Below are positions 49,401 to 61,290 of a stretch of 64,000 nt of DNA, in pieces. Below the pieces are notes generated by a model that saw nothing but the letters and a program-made list of their open reading frames with translations, did not search any database and was not told the origin of the DNA. Position 1 is the first letter of the stretch. Each line of letters starts with the position of its first letter. Source of the DNA: Squalus acanthias (lineage: Eukaryota); the NCBI GenBank assembly GCA_030390025.1, contig JASTWF010000361.1, positions 186,001-250,000 of the forward strand, read 5' to 3'. The position numbers and the translations under genes were made by a program.

Positions 49401-52400
49401 AGTAATCCAGAGGCTCTTTTGGTAATCCAGACGTCTGGGCTAGTAATCCAGAGGCTGGGCTAGTAATCCAGTGGCCTGGGCTTGTAATCCACTGGACTAG
49501 TAATCCAGAAGTCTGGGCTAGTAATCCAGAAGTCTGGGCTAGTAATCCAGAGGCCTTGACAAGTAATCCAGAGGACTGGGCTAGTAATCCAGAGGTCTGG
49601 ACTAGTAATTCAGAGGCTGGGCTAGTAATCCAGAGGCCTGGGCTAGTAATCCAGGAGCCTGGGCTAGTAATCCAGAGGCCTGGGTTTGTAATCCAGTGGC
49701 CTGGGCTAGTAATCCAGAGGCTGAGCTAGTAATCCAGAGGCTGGCATAGTAATCCACAGGCCTGGGCTAGTAAGCAAGAATATTGTTCTCGTAATTCAGA
49801 ATCCTGAGCTAGTTATCCAGAAGTCTGGGGTAGTACTCCAGAGGCTGGGCTAGTAATCCAGAGACCTGGGCTAGTAATCCAGAGGACTGGGGTAGTACTC
49901 CAGAGGTTGGGCTAGTAATCCTGAGGCCTGGGTTAGTAATCCAGAGGCCTGGGCTAGTAATCCAGAGGCTGGGCTAGTAATCCAGTGGCCTGGGTTTGTA
50001 ATCCACTGGACTAGTAATCCAGAGGCTGGGCTAGTAATCCATAGGCCTGGGCTAGTAATCCAGAGGCCTGGGCTAGTAATCTAGAGGCTGTGCTAGTAAT
50101 CCAGAGGTCTGGGCTAGTAATCCAAAGGCCTGGGCTAGTAATCCAGAGGCCTAGGTCAGTAATCCAGAGGCCTGGGCTAGTAATCCAGAGGCTGAGCTAG
50201 TAATCCAGAGGCTGGAATAGTAATCCACAGGCCTGGTCTAGTAAGCAAGAATATTGTTCTAGTAATTCAGAATCCTGGGCTAGTAAAACAGAGGCTGGGC
50301 TCGTAATCCAGAGGCCTGGGCTAGTAATCCAGAAGTCTGGGCTAATAATCCAGAGGCCTGGTCTAGTAAACCAGAGTTCTGGGATGGTTATCCAGAGGTC
50401 TGGTCTAGTAATCCAGAGGCTGGGCTAGTAATCCAGAGGCCTGGGCTAGTAATCCAGAGGCCTGGGTTGGTATTACTGAGGCCTGGTTTATAATCCAAAG
50501 TCTATGCTAGTAATCCAGAGGCCTGGGCTAGTAATCCAGAGGCCTGGGCTAGTATTACTGAGGCCTGGTTTATAATCCAAAGTCTATGCTAGTAATCCAG
50601 AGGCCTGGACTAGTAATCCAGAGGCTGGGAAGTAATCCAAAGGCTGGGCTAGTAATCCCGCATCCTGGGCTAGTAATCCATAGGCCTGGGCTAGTAATCC
50701 AGAGGCTGGACTAGTAAACCAGAGGCCTGGTTTAGTAATCCAGAGGCCTGGACTAGTAATCCAGAGGCCAGTATTAGTAATCCAGAGGCCAGGGCTTGCA
50801 ATCCAGAGGCCTGGGCTTGTAAACCAAAGGCTGGAATAGTAATCCACAGGCCTGGGCTAGTAAACAAGAAATTGTTCTAGTAATTCAGAATCCTGGGCTA
50901 GTAAAACAGAGGCTGGGCTCATAATCCAGAGGCCTGGGCTAGTAATCCAGAAGTCTGGGCTAATAATCCAGAGGCCTGGGCTAGTAAACCAGAGGTCTGG
51001 GATGGTTATCCAGAGGTCTGGGCTAGTAATCCAAAGGCTGGGCTAGTAATCCAGTGGCCTGGGCTAGTAATCCAGATGCCTGGGCTAGTAATCCAGAGTC
51101 CTGGGCTAGTAATCCAGAAGTCTGGGCTAGTAATCCAGAGGCTGGGCTAGTAATCCAGAGGCTGGTCTAGTAATACAGTGGTCTGGGCTAGTAATCCAGA
51201 GGCCTGGGATAGTAATCCAGAGGCCTGGGCTAGTAATCTAGAGGCCTGGGCTAGTATTACTGAGGCTGAGTTTATAATCCAAAGTCTATGCTAGTAATCC
51301 AGAGGCCTGGACTAGTAATCCAGAGGCTGGGAAGTAATCCAGAGGCTGGGCTAGTAATCCCGCGTCCTTGGCTAGTAATCCATAGGACTGGGCTAGTAAT
51401 CCAGAGGCTGGACTAGTAATCCAGAGGCCTGGTTTAGTAATCCAGAGGCCTGGACTAGTAATCCAGAGGCCAGTATTAGTAATCCAGATGCCAGGGCTTG
51501 TAAACCAGAGGCTGGACTAGCAATCCAGAGCCTGGACTAGTAATCCAGAGGCTTGGCCTAGTAATCCAACGGCCTGGCCTCATAATCCAGAGGCCTGGCC
51601 TTGTAGTCCAGAGGCCTGGACAACAATCCAATGGCCTGGACTACTAATCCAGAGCCTGGGCTAGTTATCCAGAGTCCTGGGCTAGCAATCCAGCGGCCTG
51701 GGGTAGTAATCCTGAGGCTGGGCTAGTAATACAGAGGCTGGACTTTTAATCCAGGGGCCTGGGCTAGTAATCCAGAGGCTGGACAAGTAATCCAGAGGCC
51801 TGGGCTAGTAATCCAGAGGCTGGGCTAGTAACCAGAGGCCTGGGCTAGTAAACTGGGCGCTAGACTAGTTATCCAGAGGCTGGGCTAGTAATGCAGAGGC
51901 TGGTTTAGTAATCCAGAGGTCGAGACTAGTAATCCAGAGGCAGGGCTAGTAATCCAGATGCGTGGACTAGTAATCCAGACCCTCTTATGTAATCCAGAGG
52001 CCTGGACTAGTAATCCAGAGGCTGGGCTTGTAATCCAGAGGTTGGGCTAGTCATCCAGAGGCTGTTCTAGTAATCCAGAGGCTGGGCTAGTAATCCAGAG
52101 GTCTGGACTTGTAATCCAGAGTCTGGGCTACTAATCCAGAGGACTGGACTAGTAATACAGCGGCTGCGTTAGTATCCCAGAGGCCTGGGCTAGTAATCCA
52201 GAGGCCTGGGCTAGTAATCCAGAGGCGTGGGCGGGTAATCCAGAGGCTGGGCTAGTAATCCAGTGGTCTGGGCTAGTAATCCAGAGACCTGGGCGAGTAA
52301 TCCAGTGACCTGGATTAGTTATCCAGGGGCCGAGGCTAGTAATCCAGAGGCTGGACCAGTAATCCAGATGCTGGGCTAGTAATCCAGAGGCCTGGGCTAG

Positions 52401-54289
52401 TAATCCAGAGGCAAGACTAGTAATCCAGAGGCCTGGTTTAGTAATCCAGAGGCCTGGACTAGTAATCCAGAGGCCAGAATTAGTAATCCAGAGGCCAGGG
52501 CTTGCAATCCAGAGGCCTGGGCTTGTAAACCAGAGGTCTGGGCTAGTAATCCAGAGCTCTGGGCTAGTAATCCATAGGCCTGGGCTAGTAATCCAGAGGC
52601 AAGACTAGTAATCCAGAGGCCTGGTTTAGTAATCCAGAGGCCTGGACTAGTAATCCAGAGGCCAGTATTAGTAATCCAGAGGCCAGGGCTTGCAATCCAG
52701 AGGCCTGGGCTTGTAAACCAGAGGTCTGGGCTAGTAATCCAGAGGCTGGGCTAGTAATCCAGAGGCCTGGGCTAGTAATCCAGAGGCCTGGGCTAGTAAT
52801 CCAGAGGCCTGGGTTAGTAATCCAGAGGCCTGGGCTAGTAATCCAGAGGCTGAGCTAGTAATCCAGAGGCAGGAATAGTAATCCAGAGGCCTGGGCTAGT
52901 AAACAAGAATATTGTTCTAGTAATTCAGAATCCTGGGCTAGTAAAACAGAGGCTGGGCTCATAATCTAGAGGCCTGGGCTGGTAATCCAGAAATCTGGGC
53001 TAATAATCCAGAGGCCTGGGCTAGTAAACCAGAGGTCTGGGATGGTTATCCAGAGGTCTGGGCTAGTAATCCAAAGGCTGGGCTAGTAATCCAGTGGCCT
53101 GGGCTAGTAATCCAGAGGTCTGGGCTAGTAATCCAAAGGCTGGGCTAGTAATCCAGTGGCCTGGGCTAGTAATCCAGTGGCCTGGGCTAGTAATCCAGAG
53201 TCCTGGGATAGTAATCCAGAAGTGTGGGCTAGTAATCCAGAGGCTGAGCTAGTAATCCAGAGGCTGGACTAGTAATAAAGTGGTCTGGGCTAGTAATCCA
53301 GAGGCCTGGGATAGTCATCCAGAGGCCTGGGCTAGTAATCCAGAGGCCTGGGCTAGTATTACTGAGGCTGAGTTTATAATCCAAAGTCTATGCTAGTAAT
53401 CCAGAGGCCTGGACTAGTAATCCAGAGGCTGGGAAGTAATCCAGAGGCTGGGCAAGTAATCCCGCATCCTGGGCTAGTAATCCATAGGCCTGGGCTAGTA
53501 ATCCAGAGGCTGGACTAGTAATCCAGAGGCCTGGTTTAGTAATCCAGAGGCCTGGACTAGTAATCCAGAGGCCAGTATTATTAATCCAGAGGCCATGGCT
53601 TGTAATCCAGAGGCCTGGGCTTGTAAACCAGTGGCTGGACTAGCAATCCAGAGCCTGGACTAGTAATCCAGAGGTTTAGTCTATTTCACCAGAGGCCTGG
53701 GCTAGTAATCCAGAGGCCTGGCCTATTAATCCAACGGCCTGGCCTTGTAATCCAGAGGCCTGGCCTTGTAGTCCAGAGGCCTGGACAATAATCCAATGGC
53801 CTGGACTACTAATCCAGAGCCTGGGTAAGTTATCCAGAGTCCTGGGCTAGCAATCCAGCAGCCTGGGCTAGTAATCCAGAGGCTGGACAATTAATCCAGA
53901 GGCCTGGGCTAGTAATCCAGAGGCTGGGCTAGTAACCAGAGGCCAGGGCTAGTAAACTGGGCGCTGGACTAGTTATCCAGAGGCTGGGCTAGTAATGCAG
54001 AGGCTGGTTTAGTAATCCAGAGGCCTAGTCTAGTAATCCAGAGGCAGGGCTAGTAACCCAGAGGCGTGGACTAGAAATCCAGAGGCTGGGCTTGTAATTC
54101 AGAGGTTGGGCTAGTCATCCAGAGGCTGTTCTAGTAATCCAGAGGCTGGGCTAGTAATCCAGAGGTCTGGACTTGTAATCCAGAGTCTGGGCTACTAATC
54201 CAGAGGACTGGACTAGTAATACAGAGGCTGCGTTAGTATCCCAGAGGCCTGGGCTAGCAATCCAGAGGCCTGGGCTAGTAATCCAGAGG

Positions 54290-57200
54290 CCTGGGCGGGT
54301 AATCCAGAAGCTGGGCTAGTAATCCAGAGGCCTGGGCTGGTAATCCAGAGGCCTGGGCTAGTAATTCAGAACTCACGGCTAGTATTCCATAGGCTTGGAC
54401 TAGTAATCCAGAGCCCTGAGCTAGTAATCCAGAGGTCTGAGCTAGTAATCCAGAGGCCTGGGATAGTAATCCAGAGACTGGGCTAGTAATCCAGAGGCCT
54501 GGGCTAGTAATCCAGAGGCTGGGCTAGTAATCCAGAGGCTGGGCTAATAATCCAGAGGCCTGGGCTAGTAATCCAGTGACCTGGGCAAGTAATCCAGAGA
54601 CCTGGATTAGTTATCCAGGGGCCGAGGCTAGTAATCCAGAGGCTGGACCAGTAATCCAGATGCTGGGCTAGTAATCCAGAGGCCTGGGCTAGTAATCCAG
54701 AGGCTGGGCTAGTAATCCAGAGGTCTGGGCTAGTAATTCAGAGGCCTGGACTAGTAATCCAGAGGCCTGGGCTAGTAATCCAGAGGCCTGGACTAGTAAT
54801 CTTGTGGCCTGGACTAGCAATCCAGAGGCCTGGACTAGTAATCCAATGGCCTGGGCTAGTCATCCAGAGGTCTGGGCTAGTAATCCAGAAGCCTGGGCTA
54901 GTAATCCAGAAGTCTGGGCTAGTAATCCAGAGGTCTGGGCTAGTAATCCAGAAGCCTGGGCTAGTAATCGAGAGGCTGTGTTAGTAATCCATAGGCACTA
55001 CTTGTAATCCAGAGGCCTGGGCTAGTAATCCAGAGGCTGGACTAGTAAGCCAGTGGCGTGGGCTCGTAATCCAGAGGCCTGGGCTAGTAATCCAGAGGCC
55101 TGGGCTAGAAACCCCAAGGCCTTGGCGAGTAATCCAGAGGCTGGGCTAGTAATCCAGAGGCTGGGATAGTAATCAGGAGGCCTGGGCTAGTAAACCAGTA
55201 GCTGGGCTAATAATCCAGACGCCTGGAATGGTAATCCAGAGGCCTGGGCTAATAATCCAGAGGCTTGGACTAGTAATCCAGAGGCCTGGGCTAGTAATCC
55301 AGAGTCCTGGACTAGTAATCCAGAGGCTGGGCTGGTAATCCAGAGGCCTGGGCGGGTAATCCAGAAGCTCGGCTAGTAATCCAGAGGCCTGGGCTGGTAA
55401 TCCAGAGGCCTGGGCTAGTAATTCAAAACTCACAGCTAGTATTCCAGAGGCCTGGGCTAGTAATCCAGAGCCCTGGGCTAGTAATCCAGAGGTCTGAGCT
55501 AGTAATCCACAGGCCTGGGATAGTAATCCAGAGACTGGGCTAGTAATCCGGAGGCCTGGGCTAGTAATCCAGAGGCTGGGCTAGTAATCCAGAGGCTGGG
55601 TTAGTAATCCAGAGGCCTGGGCTAGTAATCCAGAGACCTGGGCGAGTAATCCAGAGACCTGGATTAGTTATCCAGGGGCCAAGGCTAGTAATCCAGAGGC
55701 TGGACCAGTAATCCAGTTGCTGGGCTAGTAATCCAGAGGCCTGGGCTAGTAATCCAGAGGCTGGGCTAGTAATCCAGAGGTCTGGGCTAGTAATTCAGAG
55801 GCCTGGACTAGTAATCCAGAGGCCTGGGCTAGTAATCCAGAGGCCTGGACTAGTAAGCCTGTGGCCTGGACTAGCAATCCAGAGGCCTGGACTAGTAATC
55901 CAATGGCCTGGGCTAGTCATCCAGAGGTCTGGGCTAGTAATCCAGAAGCCTGTGCTAGTAATCCAGAAGCCTGGGCTAGTAATCCAGAGGTCTGGGCTAG
56001 TAATCCAGAAGCCTGGGCTAGTAATCGAGAGGCTGTGTTAGTAATCCATAGGCACTACTTGTAATCCAGAGGCCTGGGCTAGTAATCCAGTGGCTAAACT
56101 AGTAATCCAGTGCCGTGGGATCGTAATCCAGAGGTCTGGGCTAGTAATCCAGAGGCCTGGGCTAGAAACCCCAAGGCCTTGGCGAGTAATCCAGAGGCTG
56201 GGCTAGTAATCCAGAGGCTGGGATAGTAATCAGGAGGCCTGGGCTAGTAAACCAGTAGCTGGGCTAATAATCCAGACGCCTGGAATGGTAATCCAGAGGC
56301 CTGGGCTAATAATCCAGAGGCTTGGACTAGTAATCCAGAGGCCTGGGCTAGTAATCCAGAGTCCTGGACTAGTAATCCAGAGGCTGGGCTGGTAATCCAG
56401 AGGCCTGGGCGGGTAATCCAGAAGCTGGGCTAGTAATCCAGAGGCCTGGGCTGGTAATCCAGAGGCCTGGGCTAGTAATTCAGAACTCACAGCTAGTATT
56501 CCAGAGGCCTGGGCTAGTAATCCAGAGCCCTGGGCTAGTAATCCAGAGTTCTGAGCTAGTAATCCAGAGGCCTGGGATAGTAATCCAGAGACTGGGCTAG
56601 TAATCTGGAGGCCTGGGCTAGTGATCCAGAGGCTGGGCTAGTAATCCAGAGGCTGGGTTAGTAATCCAGAGGCCTGGGCTAGTAATCCAGAGACCTGGGC
56701 GAGTAATCCAGAGACCTGGATTAGTTATCCAGGGGCCAAGGCTAGTAATCCAGAGGCTGGACCAGTAATCCAGATGCTGGGCTAGTAATCCAGAGGCCTG
56801 GGCTAGTAATCCAGAGGCTGGGCTAGTAATCCAGAGGTCTGGGCTAGTAATTCAGAGGCCTGGACTAGTAATCCAGAGGCCTGGGCTAGTAATCCAGAGG
56901 CCTGGACTAGTAATCCTGTGGCCTGGACTAGCAATCCAGAGGCCTGGACTAGTAATCCAATGGCCTGGGCTAGTCATCCAGAGGTCTGGGCTAGTAATCC
57001 AGAAGCCTGGGCTAGTAATCCAGAAGCCTGGGCTAGTAATCCAGAGGTCTGGGCAAGTAATCCAGAAGCCTGGGCTAGTAATCGAGAGGCTGTGTTAGTA
57101 ATCCATAGGCACTACTTGTAATCCAGAGGCCTGGGCTAGTAATCCAGAGGCTGGGATAGTAATCAGGAGGCCTGGGCTAGTAAACCAGTAGCTGCGCTAA

Positions 57201-57900
57201 TAATCCAGACGCCTGGAATGGTAATCCAGAGGCCTGGGCTAATAATCCAGAGGCTTGGACTAGTAATCCAGAGGCCTGGGCTAGTAATCCAGAGTCCTGG
57301 ACTAGTAATCCAGAGGCTGGGCTGGTAATCCAGAGGCCTGGGCGGGTAATCCAGAAGCTGGGCTAGTAATCCAGAGGCCTGGGATAGTAATCCAGAGACT
57401 GGGCTAGTAATCCGGAGGCCTGGGCTAGTAATCCAGAGGCTGGGCTAGTAATCCAGAGGCTGGGTTAGTAATCCAAAGGCCTGGGCTAGTAATCCAGAGA
57501 CCTGGGCGAGTAATCCAGAGACCTGGATTAGTTATCCAGGGGCCAAGGCTAGTAATCCAGCGGCTGGACCAGTAATACAGATGCTGGGCTAGTAATCCAG
57601 AGGCCTGGGCTAGTAATCCAGAGGCTGGGCTAGTAATCCAGAGGTCTGGGCTAGTAATTCAGAGGCCTGGACTAGTAATCCAGAGGCCTGGGCTAGTAAT
57701 CCAGAGGCCTGGACTAGTAATCCTGTGGCCTGGACTAGCAATCCAGAGGCCTGGACTAGTAATCCAATGGCCTGGGCTAGTCATCCAGAAGCCTGGGCTA
57801 GTAATCCAGAAGCCTGGGCTAGTAATCCAGAGGTCTGGGCTAGTAATCCAGAAGCCTGGGCTAGTAATCGAGAGGCTGTGTCAGTAATCCATAGGCACTA
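54290..57900 (+). repeat. 1057-bp higher-order repeat, about 3.5 copies, the later ones internally deleted
   Basis: ctgggcgggtaatccagaagct at 54291, 55348, 56405 and 57338; near-identical spurious ORFs at 54804, 55861, 56918 and 57725. Confidence 0.9.
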
Positions 57901-58244
57901 CTTTTAATCCAGAGGCCTGGGCTAGTAATCCAGAGGCTGGACTAGTAATCCAGAGGCCTGGGCTAGTAAACCAGTGGCTGGGCTAATAATCCAGATGCCT
58001 GGACTAGTAATCCAGAGGCCTGGGCTAATAATCCAGAGGCTTGGACTAGTAATCCAGAGGCCTGGGCTAGTAATCCAGAGTCCTGGACTAGTAATCCAGA
58101 GGCTGGGCTAGTAATCCAGAGGCTGGGCTAGTAATCCAGAGGCCTGGGCTAGTAATACAGATGCCTGGACTAGGAATCCAGTAACTGGGCTAGTAATCCA
58201 GCGTCCTGGACTAGTAATCCAGAAGCTGAGCTAGTAATCCAGAG

Positions 58245-58330
58245 TAACAACAGAAAACGCTGGAAAAACTCAGCAGGCCAGGCAGCATCCGTGGAGAGAG
58301 AAAGAGAGTTAATGTTTCAGGTCGATGACC
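58245..58330 (-). mobile_element. 86-bp 5'-truncated 3'-terminal fragment of a Penelope-associated or retrozyme-like repeat, with a partial hammerhead and a 9-bp TSD (copy 1)
   Basis: Non-satellite sequence flanked by AATCCAGAG (58236-58244 and 58331-58339). The minus strand starts GGTC-ATC-GACC-T-GAAACATTAACT. Confidence 0.7.
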
Positions 58331-58979
58331 AATCCAGAGGCCTGGGCTCGTAATCCAGAGGTCTGGGATGGTTATCCAGAGGTCTGGGCTAGTAATCCAA
58401 AGGCTGGGCTAGTAATCCAGTGGCCTGGGCTAGTAATCCAGAGGTCTGGGCTAGTAATCCAGAAGCCTGGGCTAGTAATCGAGAGGCTGTGTTAGTAATC
58501 CATAGGCACTACTTTTAATCCAGAGGCCTGGGCTAGTAATCCAGAGGCTGGACTAGTAATCCAGTGGCGTGGGCTCGTAATCCAGAGGCCTCGGCTAGTA
58601 ATCCAGAGGCCTGGGCTAGAAACCCCAAGGCCTTGGCGAGTAATCCAGAGGCTGGGCTAGTAATCCAGAGGCTGGGATAGTAATCAGGAGGCCTGGGCTA
58701 GTAAACCAGTGGCTGGGCTAATAATCCAGATGCCTGGACTAGTAATCCAGAGGCCTGGGCTAATAATCCAGAGGCTTGGACTAGTAATCCAGAGGCCTGG
58801 GCTAGTAATCCAGAGTCCTGGACTAGTAATCCAGAGGCTGGGCTAGTAATCCAGAGGCTGGGCTAGTAATCCAGAGGCCTGGGCTAGTAATACAGATGCC
58901 TGGACTAGTAATCCAGTAACTGGGCTAGTAATCCAGCGTCCTGGACTAGTAATCCAGAAGCTGGGCTAGTAATCCAGAG

Positions 58980-59065
58980 TAACAACAGAAAACGCTGGAA
59001 AAACTCAGCAGGCCAGGCAGCATCCGTGGAGAGAGAAAGAGAGTTAACGTTTCAGGTCGATGACC
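58980..59065 (-). mobile_element. Second copy of the 86-bp fragment, produced by a 735-bp array duplication
   Basis: Same junctions (AATCCAGAG at 58971-58979 and 59066-59074) and the same flanking variant monomers. One visible difference at a CpG (gttaacgttt vs gttaatgttt). Confidence 0.7.
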
Positions 59066-61290
59066 AATCCAGAGGCCTGGGCTCGTAATCCAGAGGTCTG
59101 GGATGGTTATCCAGAGGTCTGGGCTAGTAATCCAAAGGCTGGGCTAGTAATCCAGTGGCCTGGGCTAGTAATCCAGAGGCCTGGGCTAGTAATCCAGAGT
59201 CCTGGGATAGTAATCCAGAAGTCTGGGCTAGTAATCCAGAGGCTGAGCTAGTAATCCAGAGGCTGGACTAGTAATACAGTGGTCTGGGCTAGTAATCCAT
59301 AGGCCTGGGCTAGTAATCCAGAGGCTGGACTAGTAAACCAGAGGCCTGGTTTAGTAATCCAGAGGCCTGGACTAGTAATCAAGAGGCCAGTATTAGTAAT
59401 CCAGAGGCCAGGGCTTGTAATCCAGAGGCCTGGGCTTGTAAACCAGTGGCTGGACTAGCAATCCAGAGGCTTGGACTATTTCACCAGAGGCCTGGGCTAG
59501 TAATCCAGAGGCCTGGGCTAGTAATCCAGAGTCCTGGACTAGTAATCCTGTGGCCTGGACTAGCAATCCAGAGGCCTGGACTAGTAATCCAATGGCCTGG
59601 GCTAGTCATCCAGAGGTCTGGGCTCGTAATCCAGAAGCCTGGGCTAGTAATCCAGAAGCCTGGGCTTGTAATCCAGAGGTCTGGGCTAGTAATCCAGAAA
59701 CCTGGGCTAGTAATCGAGAGGCTGTGTTAGTAATCCAGAGGCACTACTTGTAATCCAGAGGCCTGGGCTAGTAATCCAGAGGACTAGGGCAGTAATCCAG
59801 AGGCTGGGCTAGTAATCCAGTGCCCTGGGCTAGTAATTCAGAGGCTGGGCTAGTAATCTAGAAGCTGAGCTAGTAATCCATAGGCATGGGCTAGTAATCC
59901 AGATGCCTTGGCTGGTATCCAGAAGCCTCGGCTAGTAATCCAGAGGCTGGGCTAGTAATCCAGAGGGCTGGGCTAGTAATCCAGAGGACTGGATTAGTAA
60001 ACAAGAATATTGTTCTAGTAATTCAGAATCCTGGGATAGTAAAACAGAGGCTGGGCTAGTAATCCAGAGGCCTGGGCTAGTAATCCAGATGTCTGGGCTA
60101 GTAATCCAGAGGCCTGTTCTAGTAATCCAGATGTCTGGGCTAGTAATCCAGAGGTCTGGGCTCGTAATGCAGAGGCTGGGCGAGTAATCCAGAGGCCTTG
60201 GCTCATAATCAAGAGGCCTGGGCTAGTAATCCAGAGGCCTGGGCTGGTAATCCAGAGGCCTGTGCTAGTAATCCAGAGGCCTGGGCTAGTAATCCAGAAG
60301 TCTGGCCTAGTTATCCAGAGGCTGAGCTAGTAATCCAGAGGCTGGACTAGTAATGCAGTGGTCTGGGCTAGTAATTCCATAGGCCTGGGCTAGTAATTCA
60401 TAGGCCTGGGCTAGTAATCCAGAGACCTGGGCTAGTAATCCTGAGGCTGGGTTTATAATCCAAAGGCTGGGCCAGTAATCCAGAGGCCTGGACTAGTAAT
60501 CCAGAGGCTGGGCTAGTAATCCAGAGGCTGGGCTAGTAATCCTGCTTCCTGGGATAGTAATCCAGAGGCCTGCGCTAGTAATCCAGAAGTCTGGGCTAGT
60601 ATCCAGAGGCTGAGCTAGTAATCCAGAGGCTGGACTACTAATGCAGTGGTCTGGGCTAGTAATTCCATAGGCCTGGGCTAGTAAATCATAGGCCTGGGCT
60701 AGTAATCCAGAGGCCTGGGCTAGTAATCCTGAGGCTGGGTTTATAATCCAAAGGCAGGGCCAGTAATCCAGAGGCCTGGACTAGTAATCCAGTGGCTGGG
60801 CTAGTAATCCAGAGGCTGGGCTAGTAATCCTGCGTCCTGGGCTAGTAATCCAGAGGTCTCGGCTAGTCATCCAGAGGCTGGGCTAGTAATCCAGAGGCCT
60901 TGGAATAGTAATGCAGAGGCCTGGGCTAGTAATCCAGAGGCTGGGCTAGTAATACAGAGGCCTAGACTAGTAATCCAGAGGACTGGACTAGTATTCCAGA
61001 GGCCTGGTCTAGTAATCCAGAGGCCTGGGCTAGTAATCCAGTGGCCTGGGCTAGTAATCCAGAGGCCTGGGCTAGTAATCCAGAGCTCTGGGCTAGTAAT
61101 GCAGAGGTCTGGGCTGGTAATCCAGAGGCTGGGCTAGTAATCCAGAGACCTGGGCTAGTAATCCAGAGGACTGGGGTAGCAATCCAAAGGCTGGGCTAGT
61201 AATCCAGAGGCCTGGGCGAGAAATCCCGAGGCCTGGGCTAGTAATCCAGAGGCTGGGTTAGTAATCCAGAGGCTGGGTTGGTAATCCAGA

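Larger units (their letters stand above)
22471..61290 (+). repeat. 20/21-bp satellite array, right arm: a mosaic of diverged and recently duplicated higher-order blocks
   Basis: Same monomer and orientation; the only foreign insertions seen are the two 86-bp fragments. Ends at the CR1 3' tail. Confidence 0.98.

Noticed and set aside
3217..60212. Dozens of short ORFs with heptad repeats (WASNPEA, GLVIQRP, WITSPGL, LLAQASG)
   Set aside because: They are translations of the 21-bp monomer (7 codons). Interspersed 20-bp monomers shift the frame into the TAGTAA stops, and there is no sign of frame conservation.
931..61290. CRISPR array
   Set aside because: Repeats are head-to-tail with no unique spacers, there are no cas genes, and the context is eukaryotic retroelements.
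3292..61290. Functional tRNA genes
   Set aside because: Only an anticodon-arm-like hairpin is present. No D-arm/A box, GTTCRA B box or acceptor stem was found.
3292..61290. Telomeric repeat or G-quadruplex array
   Set aside because: No TTAGGG tracts. GGG runs are about 17-18 nt apart and often replaced by GGA.
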